Below, one piece after another: positions 28,523 to 37,397 of a DNA stretch of 64,000 nt. Position 1 is the first letter of the stretch. Every line of letters starts with the position of its first letter. The translations under genes and the position numbers were made by a program. Source of the DNA: a virus (taxonomy: Duplodnaviria > Caudoviricetes); IMG/VR virus record IMGVR_UViG_2896384573_000007, positions 4,318 to 68,317 of that record. One strand, given 5' to 3'. The notes under the pieces are model-generated. The model did no database searches and was not told the DNA's origin. It saw only the letters and a program-made list of their open reading frames with translations.

Positions 28523-28699
28523 ATGAAAAGAGCCGATTACCGCAGTATTTCCGACCGTATTGTTCTGCCTTTGCCAGAAGGGATGCGCGACGCAATTGAT
28601 CAGGCGCGCCTGGACGGCGAGAACCGCGTCGCCTTCATCCGCACCGCCATCGAAAACGAGCTGGCACGCCGTGCCCGTAAGGAAAGGCGAACCGGATGA
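28523..28699 (+). CDS. Ribbon-helix-helix (CopG/Arc-like) regulator
   Basis: RIVLPLP strand followed by two helices (EGMRDAIDQA, NRVAFIRTAIENEL). Confidence 0.6.
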   Translation: MKRADYRSISDRIVLPLPEGMRDAIDQARLDGENRVAFIRTAIENELARRARKERRTG

Positions 28700-29289
28700 A
28701 GGTCGGGATGAAAGGCGACGCGCTGATTTTCGATTTCCAGTCAGGCCCGGCGCGTAAATGCGGTGATTGTTCGCTGTGCTGCAAATTGCTGCCTGTGCGC
28801 GAACTGGCCAAGCGCGGCGGCAGCCGTTGCCGGTTCCAGCGCCATGGCAAGGGCTGCACGATCTATCATCGCGCCGACAAGGGCTTCCCGCCGCCGTGCG
28901 GCCTGTGGTCCTGCGTCTGGCTTGCCGACCCCGAGGACGCCGGAGCGATGAGGCGACCCGACCACGCCCATTACGTCGTCGACCCGCTGCCGGATTTCAT
29001 CGTCATCCAGACCGAAGGGCAACCCGACCAGCGCGTCAATGTCGTGCAGGTCTGGCTCCACCCGGCCCATCCCGACGCGCATCGCGATCCGGGCCTGCGC
29101 GCCTATCTCGCCCTGCGTGGCGCTCGCGATGGTTTCGCGGCGCTGATCCGGCTGAACGAGAGCGACGGCTGGGTGCTGTTTCCGCCAGCCCTTTCACCGG
29201 ATGGTCAATGGCACGAGCGCGGCTCGCGCAAGAGGCCGGAGGATAACGACGTGGTCGTCTCCCGAACGCCAATGGAGGTCTACCGCTAA
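28696..29289 (+). CDS. CxxCxxCC metal-binding protein (YkgJ-like)
   Basis: CGDCSLCC...C.....GCTIY.....C....C.W. Confidence 0.7.
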   Translation: MKVGMKGDALIFDFQSGPARKCGDCSLCCKLLPVRELAKRGGSRCRFQRHGKGCTIYHRADKGFPPPCGLWSCVWLADPEDAGAMRRPDHAHYVVDPLPDFIVIQTEGQPDQRVNVVQVWLHPAHPDAHRDPGLRAYLALRGARDGFAALIRLNESDGWVLFPPALSPDGQWHERGSRKRPEDNDVVVSRTPMEVYR

Positions 29290-29387
29290 AAGGACGCCGC
29301 ACAAGTCATCAAGGGTGCGCAGGAAAACTTCGCGAGCATGAACAGCGTCGCGGCTGCATTTGGTAATTCAAAGAGAAAGGACAAGCC

Positions 29388-29825
29388 ATGACGGCTCTTA
29401 ACCAAGCGATCAAAACGAGATCCCGCGCCCCACAAAGCAACACGCGCTCGCCGAGTAAGCGTGAATTAGAAATCAGCGCCACCGTCGGCCAGAACATCAG
29501 GACGCTCAGGGCGATGACCGGCATGTCACAGATGACCCTAGCTGAAAAGCTGGGGATCACGTTCCAGCAAGTGCAGAAATATGAGAAGGGAACAAATCGC
29601 GTCAGCGCCCCGAAACTTGTTCTGATGGCGGAAATCTTCAAGACGCCGATTTCGACGTTCTTTTCCAATATCGAATTGTTGCCGTCGAAAGACGGCGGCG
29701 TGACCTTGCCGACCTTCGGGAAAGATGGGATGCGCGCCGCACGGCTATTCGAGGTGTTGCCTCCGAAGATACAGGGTGCGGCCCTGCGGGTCTTGCAGTC
29801 GCTCTCCGAGGGCAATGGTGAGTGA
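29388..29825 (+). CDS. XRE regulator of the rhizobial PraR/PhrR type
   Basis: GMSQ..LAEKLGITFQQVQKYEKGTNRVSA signature. Confidence 0.85.
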   Translation: MTALNQAIKTRSRAPQSNTRSPSKRELEISATVGQNIRTLRAMTGMSQMTLAEKLGITFQQVQKYEKGTNRVSAPKLVLMAEIFKTPISTFFSNIELLPSKDGGVTLPTFGKDGMRAARLFEVLPPKIQGAALRVLQSLSEGNGE

Positions 29826-29826
29826 A

Positions 29827-30074
29827 ATGAAGGCGGGCACCACCAGCGGGCTCGACATCTATGTCGTCTGTAAGAATCCCTCGGACTTTCCGGGCAAGTA
29901 CACCTGCCGTTGCCAGACCATCTATCGTGGCGGCGACGGCGGCACCGAGATCTCGGCGGAGGGCTGGTCGCAGACCGCATCGAGGCCATTCGCGCCGAGA
30001 TGCAGAAACGCGGGTTGTACCGATTACCGCGTTTCCCGAGCGACGATCCCACCATCGTCGAATGCTGGCTTTAA
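29827..30074 (+). pseudogene. Small phage gene with a 1-bp deletion
   Basis: N-terminal NPSDFPGKYTCR in one frame, C-terminal IEAIRAEMQKRGLYRLPRFPSDDPTIVECWL* in another; 248 nt span; one extra C at ~29965 restores a single frame. Confidence 0.6.
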
Positions 30075-30128
30075 GCCGCATTTCCGCGCCAAGGCCGGGT
30101 CGCGGCGAGTCTGAAAACCGCCATATTG

Positions 30129-30157
30129 CCCCACAGGCACATTTTGTGCCTGTGGGG
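30129..30157. promoter_or_regulatory. 29-bp perfect palindrome (13-bp arms) downstream of terL
   Basis: CCCCACAGGCACA-TTT-TGTGCCTGTGGGG; no U-tract on either side; left arm identical to 53674-53686. Confidence 0.6.
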
Positions 30158-30224
30158 GCGATGGTAGGACCCGACAGGTGGCGAAATCGCGTCTGTGGCC
30201 GCCTGTGGCCGAAAGCGCAGATTT

Positions 30225-31787
30225 TCAAGCCACCAGCGAGTCCAGTTCCAGCTCGGTTTCCGTCTGCAGGCGGCAGGCCGCCACCGCCATCACCGCCGCG
30301 ACGCCCGCGTCGATCCTGCCGAACGACTTTGCCTTGGTCAGCTTGCGGTTCCCGGCGGCGTCGCGGTCGACCACGGCGTTGGACACGCACCAGCGCAGCA
30401 CCGGGTGGCCGCCGTGGACGAGCCGACCCTGGACGGCAAGTTCCTCGAAGATCTCGATGGCGGGCGACATCGACTTGTAGCCTTGGCCGAATGGCGACAG
30501 CGGCACCAGCACGCCCATGCGGGCGAACGACTGCTTCAGGACGTCGATGCGCCACTGGTCGTAGTTGACCTTGGCAAACAGGATCTTCGACGAAAGCTCG
30601 CCGACGTCGGCGGCGAGGAAGTCGTAGTCAAGCACCTGTCCCGGCACCGGGATCAGGAACGAGCGGTCGGCCCAAACGCGGTAGGGCGCGCGGTCGCGCA
30701 GGCCCCGTTCGTCGATCGTATCGCCTGGCGTCCAGATGCGCGGGAACAGGTGGACGTTGCCGTGGTCGTCGTTGACCGCCATGACCAGCGCCGAGAGGTC
30801 GGTGCGCGCCGACAGGTCGAGCCCGCCATAGACCGGCCTGCCATCGTAGAGCAGATCCTCGACGAGTTCCCGGTTGCCGCGGATCCAGACGTTCGGCGAC
30901 AGGAAAGGGGCCTTCGCCTGGACGCGCTGGTTCAGGTAGAGGTTTCTTAGGCGCGATTCCAGCGACGGCACCTTTTCGGCCCGCTTCATGGCGGCGCGGA
31001 ATTCGTCGATGTCGCGGTAGTCGCCGAGCGCCGGGTTTGCCTTCTTCCATTGTTTTTCGTCGAGCAGGTCGCAGCCGGGGTCGGCGGCGTAGAGGTGGAC
31101 GGTAAAGGTGTCGTCCTCGATCTCGCCCGCGCGGATCTTCAGCCCGTAGTCTATCAGCTCCGACAGGATATGGTCGTCGGCCGGCGCTTGCGTCGAGATG
31201 ATCATCATCAACGGCTCGACCTGCGCGCCGAGCGAGGTCATAAGCACGTCGTAGAGCGCGGCGTTCTTCGCCTGCGCCAGTTCATCATAGACGACCAGGT
31301 CGAGGCCTTCGCCGAACTGGCCACCGGCTTCCGCCGCGATGGCCGAGTAGAACGAGCCGTCGCGGCGGTGGGTGACGTGCTTGGTCGACTCCACCAGCTT
31401 CAGCCGCTTCATCAGCACCGGGTTCATGCGGATCATCTTGGCGACGAAGCGGTAGACGATCCCGGCCTGCTTGCGGGTGGTGGCGGCGGACGCGATCACC
31501 GAGTTCGGCCTTTTGAACGGGCCGACCAGGTGCAGGAGGATGATGACCGCAGCGAGCAGCGTCTTGCCGTTGCGCCTGCCGACCGAAAAGATCGCCTGCC
31601 TGCGCTTGCGCAGCCCGTCCTTGTCGCGGGGATTGTAGACGTCGCGGATGAATTCGATCTGCGGCTTCGACAGCCTGAGCGGCTTTCCGACGTGTTTCCC
31701 CGCCGGGACGATCAGCGAATGTGCGAACGCAATCGCCCTGCCGGACGGCAGGTTCCAGTCCTTTTTCGGCACGTTGCGGCGCTGCAT
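30225..31787 (-). CDS. terL: Terminase large subunit (HK97/cos-type); start may be GTG 31859
   Basis: Walker A GRRNGKT, Walker B VVYDE, nuclease GLDLS and KSFGRIDAGVA. Confidence 0.95.
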   Translation of the reverse strand: MQRRNVPKKDWNLPSGRAIAFAHSLIVPAGKHVGKPLRLSKPQIEFIRDVYNPRDKDGLRKRRQAIFSVGRRNGKTLLAAVIILLHLVGPFKRPNSVIASAATTRKQAGIVYRFVAKMIRMNPVLMKRLKLVESTKHVTHRRDGSFYSAIAAEAGGQFGEGLDLVVYDELAQAKNAALYDVLMTSLGAQVEPLMMIISTQAPADDHILSELIDYGLKIRAGEIEDDTFTVHLYAADPGCDLLDEKQWKKANPALGDYRDIDEFRAAMKRAEKVPSLESRLRNLYLNQRVQAKAPFLSPNVWIRGNRELVEDLLYDGRPVYGGLDLSARTDLSALVMAVNDDHGNVHLFPRIWTPGDTIDERGLRDRAPYRVWADRSFLIPVPGQVLDYDFLAADVGELSSKILFAKVNYDQWRIDVLKQSFARMGVLVPLSPFGQGYKSMSPAIEIFEELAVQGRLVHGGHPVLRWCVSNAVVDRDAAGNRKLTKAKSFGRIDAGVAAVMAVAACRLQTETELELDSLVA

Positions 31788-31900
31788 GAGCTGGCGCAAT
31801 TCGGGCGTCAGGCTGCTCGCAGATTTATCAGCGAGTGCCGCTTGCTTGTCGATAAACACAATCCTATGTCCACAACCGCAACACGAAACGGAGACTTCAA

Positions 31901-32470
31901 ATGATTGTTTTTGAAATCGTAGGTGGTGGCGACGAGTCCAACGAGACCCACGACACCGCACCAGATTCCATCGTCGATTTCGCCGAGGCGGAGGACGCCG
32001 TGAAGGGCAAGCGCCGCAAGAGCGGCACGCTGCGCTTCCCGCCGCCGGTCGACCTCGACGAGGTCATCCCGCCCTTGCCCGACGGCATCAAGGCGATCCC
32101 CGGCGGCATCGAGTATCCCGACGGCACGCAGGTCACCGAGGCGACCGCCAGCGCCGAGGAGGCGAAGCCCGCCAAGCAGCGCAAGGCGAAAGAGCCGAAG
32201 GAACCGAAGGCGAAGAAGGCGAAGGCCGAAAAGCCCGCCAAGGCACCGCGCGAAAACAAGACCGACACGCTGGTGCTGATGCTCTTGGACGACAAGGGTG
32301 CCACCACCGAGGAGGTCGCCAAGGCCTTCGGCTGGCTGGCGCACACGACCCGCGCCGCCATCTCGACGCTGCCGAAGAAGAAACAGTTCCCCGAGGGCCA
32401 CGTCCTTTCCAAGGAGAAGGTCGAGGAGCGCGGTCTGGTCTACCGCATCACGCCGGTCAAGGCCGAATAG
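31901..32470 (+). CDS. DUF3489-domain protein with Lys/Ala-rich linker
   Basis: C-terminal KTDTLVLML...GAT.EEVA...GWLAHTTRAAIS winged helix. Confidence 0.75.
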   Translation: MIVFEIVGGGDESNETHDTAPDSIVDFAEAEDAVKGKRRKSGTLRFPPPVDLDEVIPPLPDGIKAIPGGIEYPDGTQVTEATASAEEAKPAKQRKAKEPKEPKAKKAKAEKPAKAPRENKTDTLVLMLLDDKGATTEEVAKAFGWLAHTTRAAISTLPKKKQFPEGHVLSKEKVEERGLVYRITPVKAE

Positions 32471-33689
32471 CGCCAGCCGCAGCATCGTCGAACGAAGGCC
32501 CGCCATCCAAGCGGGCCTTTTCTCCTGTGAAGTCCTGCCAGCGCCTGACCGCCACGTCGACATAGGCCGGGTTGATTTCGAGGCAGTAGGCGACCCGCGC
32601 CTCTATCTCGGCGGCGATCATCGTCGTGCCCGAGCCGACGAAGGGATCGTAGACCGCCTGACCGGCGGAAGAATTGTTCTGCATCGGGCGGCGCATCGCC
32701 TCGACCGGCTTCTGCGTCGAATGGCCATGGCCGGAGTCCTCGCGCGCCGGGATCGTCCACAGAGTCGATTGCGAGCGGTCGCCGCACCAGTTGCCCTTCT
32801 TGCGGACGGCGTACCAGCACGGCTCGTGCTGCCAGTGATAATCGCCGCGCGACAGCGCGAAGCGGTCCTTCGCCCAGATGATCTGTGAGCGGATCTCGAA
32901 GCCGGAGGCCTCCAGTGACCGCTGCACCTCGGATGCGTATTTCCCGGCGTGCCAGACGTAGGCGACCGGGCCGGGAAAGAGGTCGTAGGCCTGCCGCCAG
33001 TCGGCGCGCTCGTCGTTGACCACTTCGCCCATCTTCAGCCTGTTGCGGTTCACACCCGCCTCGGCGCGCCAGTGCGGATCGTAGTCGACGCCATAGGGCG
33101 GGTCGGTCACCATCAGGTTCGGTTTCACACCGCCAAGCAGCCGCTCGACGTCCGCCGCCTTCGTGGCGTCGCCGCACAGCAGCCGGTGGGCTCCGCAGAT
33201 CCAGAGATCGCCGGGTTTCGACGTCAGGACGTCGGGCAGGGGCGGGGCCTCGTCGGGATCGGTAAGCCCCGGATTGCCGGTGAGCCGCCCGAGCCTGCGC
33301 AGCTCCTGCTCGGAAAAGCCGATCAGCGCCGCCATGTCCGGCAACGTTTCGAGTTCGGCCGCAAGCAGCTTCACGTCCCATCCGGCATTCAGTGCGAGCT
33401 GGTTGTCGGCGAGCCGGTAGGCCCTGATCTGCTTCGGCGTCCAGCCCTTGGCGACCATCACCGGCACCAGTTCCAGGCCCATCTCTTGTGCCGCGAGGGC
33501 GCGGCCATGTCCGGCGATCAGCTCGCCAGCCTCGTCGACCAAGAGCGGGATGGTGAAGCCGAATTCGCGGATCGACGCGGCGATCTGCGCCACCTGCTCC
33601 GGCGAATGCGTGCGGGCGTTTTTGTCGTAGTGCTTCAGGCTGGCGAGCGGCCTGCGCTCGACCGCGTCGGCGGGCCACGGCAGGTTCAT
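32457..33689 (-). CDS. ParB-like N-terminus + amino-MTase (N6/N4) DNA methyltransferase
   Basis: NARTHS..Q..AGHGR ParB-like part; DPPYG, HSTQKP and DPFVGSGTT motifs. Confidence 0.92.
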   Translation of the reverse strand: MNLPWPADAVERRPLASLKHYDKNARTHSPEQVAQIAASIREFGFTIPLLVDEAGELIAGHGRALAAQEMGLELVPVMVAKGWTPKQIRAYRLADNQLALNAGWDVKLLAAELETLPDMAALIGFSEQELRRLGRLTGNPGLTDPDEAPPLPDVLTSKPGDLWICGAHRLLCGDATKAADVERLLGGVKPNLMVTDPPYGVDYDPHWRAEAGVNRNRLKMGEVVNDERADWRQAYDLFPGPVAYVWHAGKYASEVQRSLEASGFEIRSQIIWAKDRFALSRGDYHWQHEPCWYAVRKKGNWCGDRSQSTLWTIPAREDSGHGHSTQKPVEAMRRPMQNNSSAGQAVYDPFVGSGTTMIAAEIEARVAYCLEINPAYVDVAVRRWQDFTGEKARLDGGPSFDDAAAGAIRP

Positions 33690-33690
33690 C

Positions 33691-34146
33691 TCACTCTCCC
33701 AAGAGCAGCGTTATCGGGTCGGTGTCCCAGCGTTCGGGGTGTGCCAGGCGCGCCCGACCGGCGGGCGTCAGGCCGAGTTCTGCGCCCGACTGCATCATCA
33801 ACTTGGCGGCATTGTTCATGACCACGAGCAGGGGATTGCGGATCGGCCCATGCGGGCTCTGGACGAGCAGGCCGGTCATGTCGAGCTTCTCGCGCGCCTG
33901 CCGGAACGTTGCCCAGTTCACCGCGAACGTCTCCAAAGCCGCTTCATCCGCCCGCGTCAGCACCCCCTCCGGCAACGAACTGACGGTGTCCAGCCATAAC
34001 TCCTCGGCCAGCTCGTTCATCCCCGGAGGCATCCTCGGATGCCCCAAACCTTGCGGTTCGTCGTGAATCCGGTGCACGCCGACCTTCGAGCGGTTGCCCT
34101 CGGCGATTTTGATGATCTTCGACTTCGGTTTCGGTCCTCTCGGCAT
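33691..34146 (-). CDS. terS: Terminase small subunit (P27 family)
   Basis: MPRGPKPK...EGN start; NPL...ELGLTPAGR motif. Confidence 0.9.
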   Translation of the reverse strand: MPRGPKPKSKIIKIAEGNRSKVGVHRIHDEPQGLGHPRMPPGMNELAEELWLDTVSSLPEGVLTRADEAALETFAVNWATFRQAREKLDMTGLLVQSPHGPIRNPLLVVMNNAAKLMMQSGAELGLTPAGRARLAHPERWDTDPITLLLGE

Positions 34147-34223
34147 TTTTGGAAGCCTTTTCAGGATGATCGATCGAAAAGATAATCCAAAAAATAAATA
34201 GCCGGAAATTGTAACGAGGCTAC

Positions 34224-34275
34224 CGCCGCGCCTCCGGGCTCCGTGCGGGGGCTTTTGGGGCCTCCCCCCGCCGGA
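34224..34275. repeat. Putative cos region, copy 1 (about 80 bp upstream of terS)
   Basis: GC-rich CGCCGCGCCT core; 23 bp (34229-34251) identical to 40712-40734; canonical position for cos in P27-terS phages. Confidence 0.55.
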
Positions 34276-34473
34276 GGGTACCCGCCCGCAGCGCCTTGCA
34301 ACGGTTGGCTTCGTCGATCGTGACGCGCGCACACTTCTTCATAGTAGGTAACAGAGGACGCTCCGGAATCTGGTTCGCCGAGTCCCCGACCGATGCCGGC
34401 GCAAACGCCAGCGGAAATGACCTTGCCGCACATCCTGCACCTCAGTAGTGTCCGCAACTATAGGGGGACTCGG

Positions 34474-35421
34474 ATGTCGTATTTCTCGGACACGAAGGGC
34501 TGCACGCTCGTCAACAACTTCACACTGCACTATCCCGACAAGCTGTCGAGCGGGCGTCCGTTTACGAGCACTTGCGTGCCGCAAGGAATATGGGTGGATC
34601 TCCACGACATCGAGATCATCCATACGATCGACTGGCAGCACGGGGGATTTGAGAAGCAGGCTCCCGGAAACCCCGAATTCAAGGTGCAGTCCAGGCTGAT
34701 TGCAAAAGGCACTTTCAAGGACACGATCACGGTCTTCCGTGTGCCTGAAGGGCGCGTCGCTTCCTTCCGGGAGCTCGACGTGCAGATCAAGCCGATCAAG
34801 AAGGGCGCGGTCGGTGGCGAAACGAAGTCCACCACGCTCGACGGTGTGGGCTACTCCGGCATGACCTCAAGGACAGTCCCTGACGAAGGGCTGATGGCAG
34901 GCGATCCAGGCACGCTGCTCTACGTAGATCCGACCAAGGATGAATGGCCTTCTGATCACGACAAACCGTACCTGCAGCTTGAGGGGTACATCGACGAGGC
35001 GGAGTTCGCGAGCCTGCTGCAGCGCATGGCCATGACGTCCGCCCCGATCCGCAGCGGCGTTCTGCGTATGGTGGCCGAACTCTTTCAGCATGAGGTCGAT
35101 GCAAGCCTGTCGGAGCCATATCACCCGCACGATTACGGCATGCTCCTTCGCGGAGACGACAAGACCTACGGCATCACCCGGGCGCGGTCCGAGACTGTGT
35201 CGGTGGCGTATAAGCCCATCATGCTGCAGCCTGAACCGGACGAATACGATGCAGCGGTAGATGAAGCGGCCGCGCCGATATCGATGGACAACCTGCCGCC
35301 GGATATCGTCTCCAAGATAAGCAAGGACATGCTCGTCTCCATCGAGAAACGCCTGAAGACCATCTCCACGGTGCTTTGCTTCGGGCTGGGGATCATCGTC
35401 GCCGTGCTGCTCTTGAGGTAA
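34474..35421 (+). CDS. Unknown protein with C-terminal TM anchor (315 aa)
   Basis: AGGGGGA RBS before ATG 34474; ends ISTVLCFGLGIIVAVLLLR. Confidence 0.7.
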   Translation: MSYFSDTKGCTLVNNFTLHYPDKLSSGRPFTSTCVPQGIWVDLHDIEIIHTIDWQHGGFEKQAPGNPEFKVQSRLIAKGTFKDTITVFRVPEGRVASFRELDVQIKPIKKGAVGGETKSTTLDGVGYSGMTSRTVPDEGLMAGDPGTLLYVDPTKDEWPSDHDKPYLQLEGYIDEAEFASLLQRMAMTSAPIRSGVLRMVAELFQHEVDASLSEPYHPHDYGMLLRGDDKTYGITRARSETVSVAYKPIMLQPEPDEYDAAVDEAAAPISMDNLPPDIVSKISKDMLVSIEKRLKTISTVLCFGLGIIVAVLLLR

Positions 35422-35424
35422 CCC

Positions 35425-35667
35425 ATGAAGGACAAGATTGCATCCGCTGCGCAGAATCTCGCGTGTGCAGCGAAGGCCAGGCCAGAAGAAAGCAAGTGGT
35501 CGCTCATCGGCGCGGCTGTGGGTGCGATCCTCGGCCTCATCATTGGGGGCATTGGTGTCACGGCCATGGGTGGAGCGATTGGTGTGCCTGCGACAGTCGT
35601 CTTGGCTGTGGTCGGCGGCGTGTTGGGCAATAGGTACGGTATCTCGAAGGATAGGCCAGTTCGATGA
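35425..35667 (+). CDS. Glycine-zipper small membrane protein (80 aa)
   Basis: GAAVGAILGLIIGGIG...GGAIG...VGGVLG GxxxG repeats. Confidence 0.7.
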   Translation: MKDKIASAAQNLACAAKARPEESKWSLIGAAVGAILGLIIGGIGVTAMGGAIGVPATVVLAVVGGVLGNRYGISKDRPVR

Positions 35668-36569
35668 AATTGCGCATGAGAACCGCCCGGGGACTCTTCA
35701 TTGGATTTCTGGCGCTAGGATCCGGCACGGGGGCTGTAGTCGCAATCGACGTGCCGCCGAATGCCCACCTGGATTACACCGGCCGATCATGGGACTGCGA
35801 CAGAGGGTTCAGGAGAAGCGGCAACGGCTGTGCGGCAGTCCAGCTCCCCGCGAATGCTGAGCTCGACTATACAGGTCACTCATGGACATGTAACCGCGGA
35901 TTTCGGCAGCAGGGGCAAATCTGTATCGTGGTCACTATTCCTCAGGACGCCCAGCTCGATTACACGGGGCATTCTTGGACGTGCAATCGAGGCTTCCGGC
36001 AGCAGGCGCAGAGCTGCGTCCCGGTTCAAATCCCTTCAAACGCATCGCTCGACTACACGGGGCACTCATGGACATGTAACCGCGGTTTCTTTCAGCAAGG
36101 TCAGGTTTGCGTGCCGGTGAGCCTGCCGGAGAACGCCGAGCTGGATTTCAACGGGCACAGTTGGAAATGCAGCTATGGCTTCCGGCGGGTCGGCAATGCA
36201 TGCGAGACGTTCAAGGTGCCAGAAAATGCGCACATCGATTTTACTGGCAACAATTTCGCGTGTGTCCAGAACTACAAACGCGTCGGCGACAAGTGCGAGC
36301 CGATGACACAGGCCGAGATCCAGTACCAGAACTACCTGATGATGCTTGCGATGCAGTGTGGCGGCACGAAGTCGGTTGAGGTCGAAGGAACCTGTGGCAG
36401 CGACAGCGTCAGCGGCGAGATCGACGTGTGCCAAGGATCAAAGGAAGCATCTGGAGAGCTGGAGTTCGACAATGGTCTGACGACCAAGTTCGAGGGCACA
36501 TGGACGTCGGCCGACGAGTTCGAAGGCACTGACGGCTTCGGGAATAGCTGCGATCTGGAGGTGGATTGA
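35664..36569 (+). CDS. Exported Cys-rich repeat protein
   Basis: Signal-like N-terminus; six 31-aa P.NA.LDYTGHSW.C.RGF...G..C units; Cys-containing C-terminal domain. Confidence 0.8.
   Translation: MKLRMRTARGLFIGFLALGSGTGAVVAIDVPPNAHLDYTGRSWDCDRGFRRSGNGCAAVQLPANAELDYTGHSWTCNRGFRQQGQICIVVTIPQDAQLDYTGHSWTCNRGFRQQAQSCVPVQIPSNASLDYTGHSWTCNRGFFQQGQVCVPVSLPENAELDFNGHSWKCSYGFRRVGNACETFKVPENAHIDFTGNNFACVQNYKRVGDKCEPMTQAEIQYQNYLMMLAMQCGGTKSVEVEGTCGSDSVSGEIDVCQGSKEASGELEFDNGLTTKFEGTWTSADEFEGTDGFGNSCDLEVD
35754..36311 (+). repeat. Six diverged 93-bp coding repeats
   Basis: Unit starts at 35754 and 35847, 93-bp period. Confidence 0.85.
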
Positions 36570-37078
36570 TGGCCGACAACATCATTCCGTTCAGAAAGCG
36601 CAAAAGGCCTAAACCGATCAAGCGGCCCAAACAAAATCCGTCATCTCCGAAAGCTTTAATCGCCGTTCTAGGTGTCGCTGCGGCGCTGGCATTCGTTTAC
36701 ACGGATTTCTCGCTCCCAGGTTCGACTGCACAGGCCTCATCGTTCGCTCGTTGCGGCATCATCAAGAGAGACTGTGTGGTCGACGGTGACACCCTCTACG
36801 TCGCCAGCGAGAAAATCCGCGTCGCCGACATCGATACGCCAGAGATCAGCGAGCCGAAGTGTGCATCGGAAAAAGCTCTCGGCGAGCGGGCGACTGAGCG
36901 GTTCATTGAGCTCGTCAATTTGGGACCATTCGAACTGCGCGCATGGGAAGGGCGGGACGAAGACCAATACGGCAGGAAATTGCGTGTACTCGTGCGCGAC
37001 GGGCGCAGCCTCGGTGACCTGCTGGTCGAGGAGGGACTTGCGCGCACCTGGTCAGGTCGTAGGGAGCCGTGGTGTTGA
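36569..37078 (+). CDS. Membrane-anchored thermonuclease (SNase family)
   Basis: VDGDTL, IRVADIDTPE, DQYGR, LVEEGLAR; N-terminal TM segment. Confidence 0.9.
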   Translation: MADNIIPFRKRKRPKPIKRPKQNPSSPKALIAVLGVAAALAFVYTDFSLPGSTAQASSFARCGIIKRDCVVDGDTLYVASEKIRVADIDTPEISEPKCASEKALGERATERFIELVNLGPFELRAWEGRDEDQYGRKLRVLVRDGRSLGDLLVEEGLARTWSGRREPWC

Positions 37079-37397
37079 TACCTCGCCCGGCGGCAAAGAC
37101 TGGCCGATCACGATGCCGCACTGTATACCGTCGCATCATCCGCCCCCTCTCGTATCCCCTTGAATGACATTGCCGTAGACGACTCCAACGACAGCCAGGA
37201 CGGCGAGAGGGCCAGCGAGCCAGCTATACAGTTTGGACACGGAGGGTGTATCGTACTCCTGATGGTTGAATTAAGGGGGTCTGAAATGGAGAAGACAGCA
37301 GCAGCAGTCGCTGTATGGACACCCAACGACTGGTCTCAGATTCAGGCTTCAAGCGCTTGCCTCGAGTTCGAGACATTCTTCAGATCGAGCGTGTCGA

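Noticed and set aside
35754-36311. 93-bp repeats as CRISPR or a DGR template/variable pair
   Set aside because: Coding repeats with variation not restricted to adenines; no reverse transcriptase in the window
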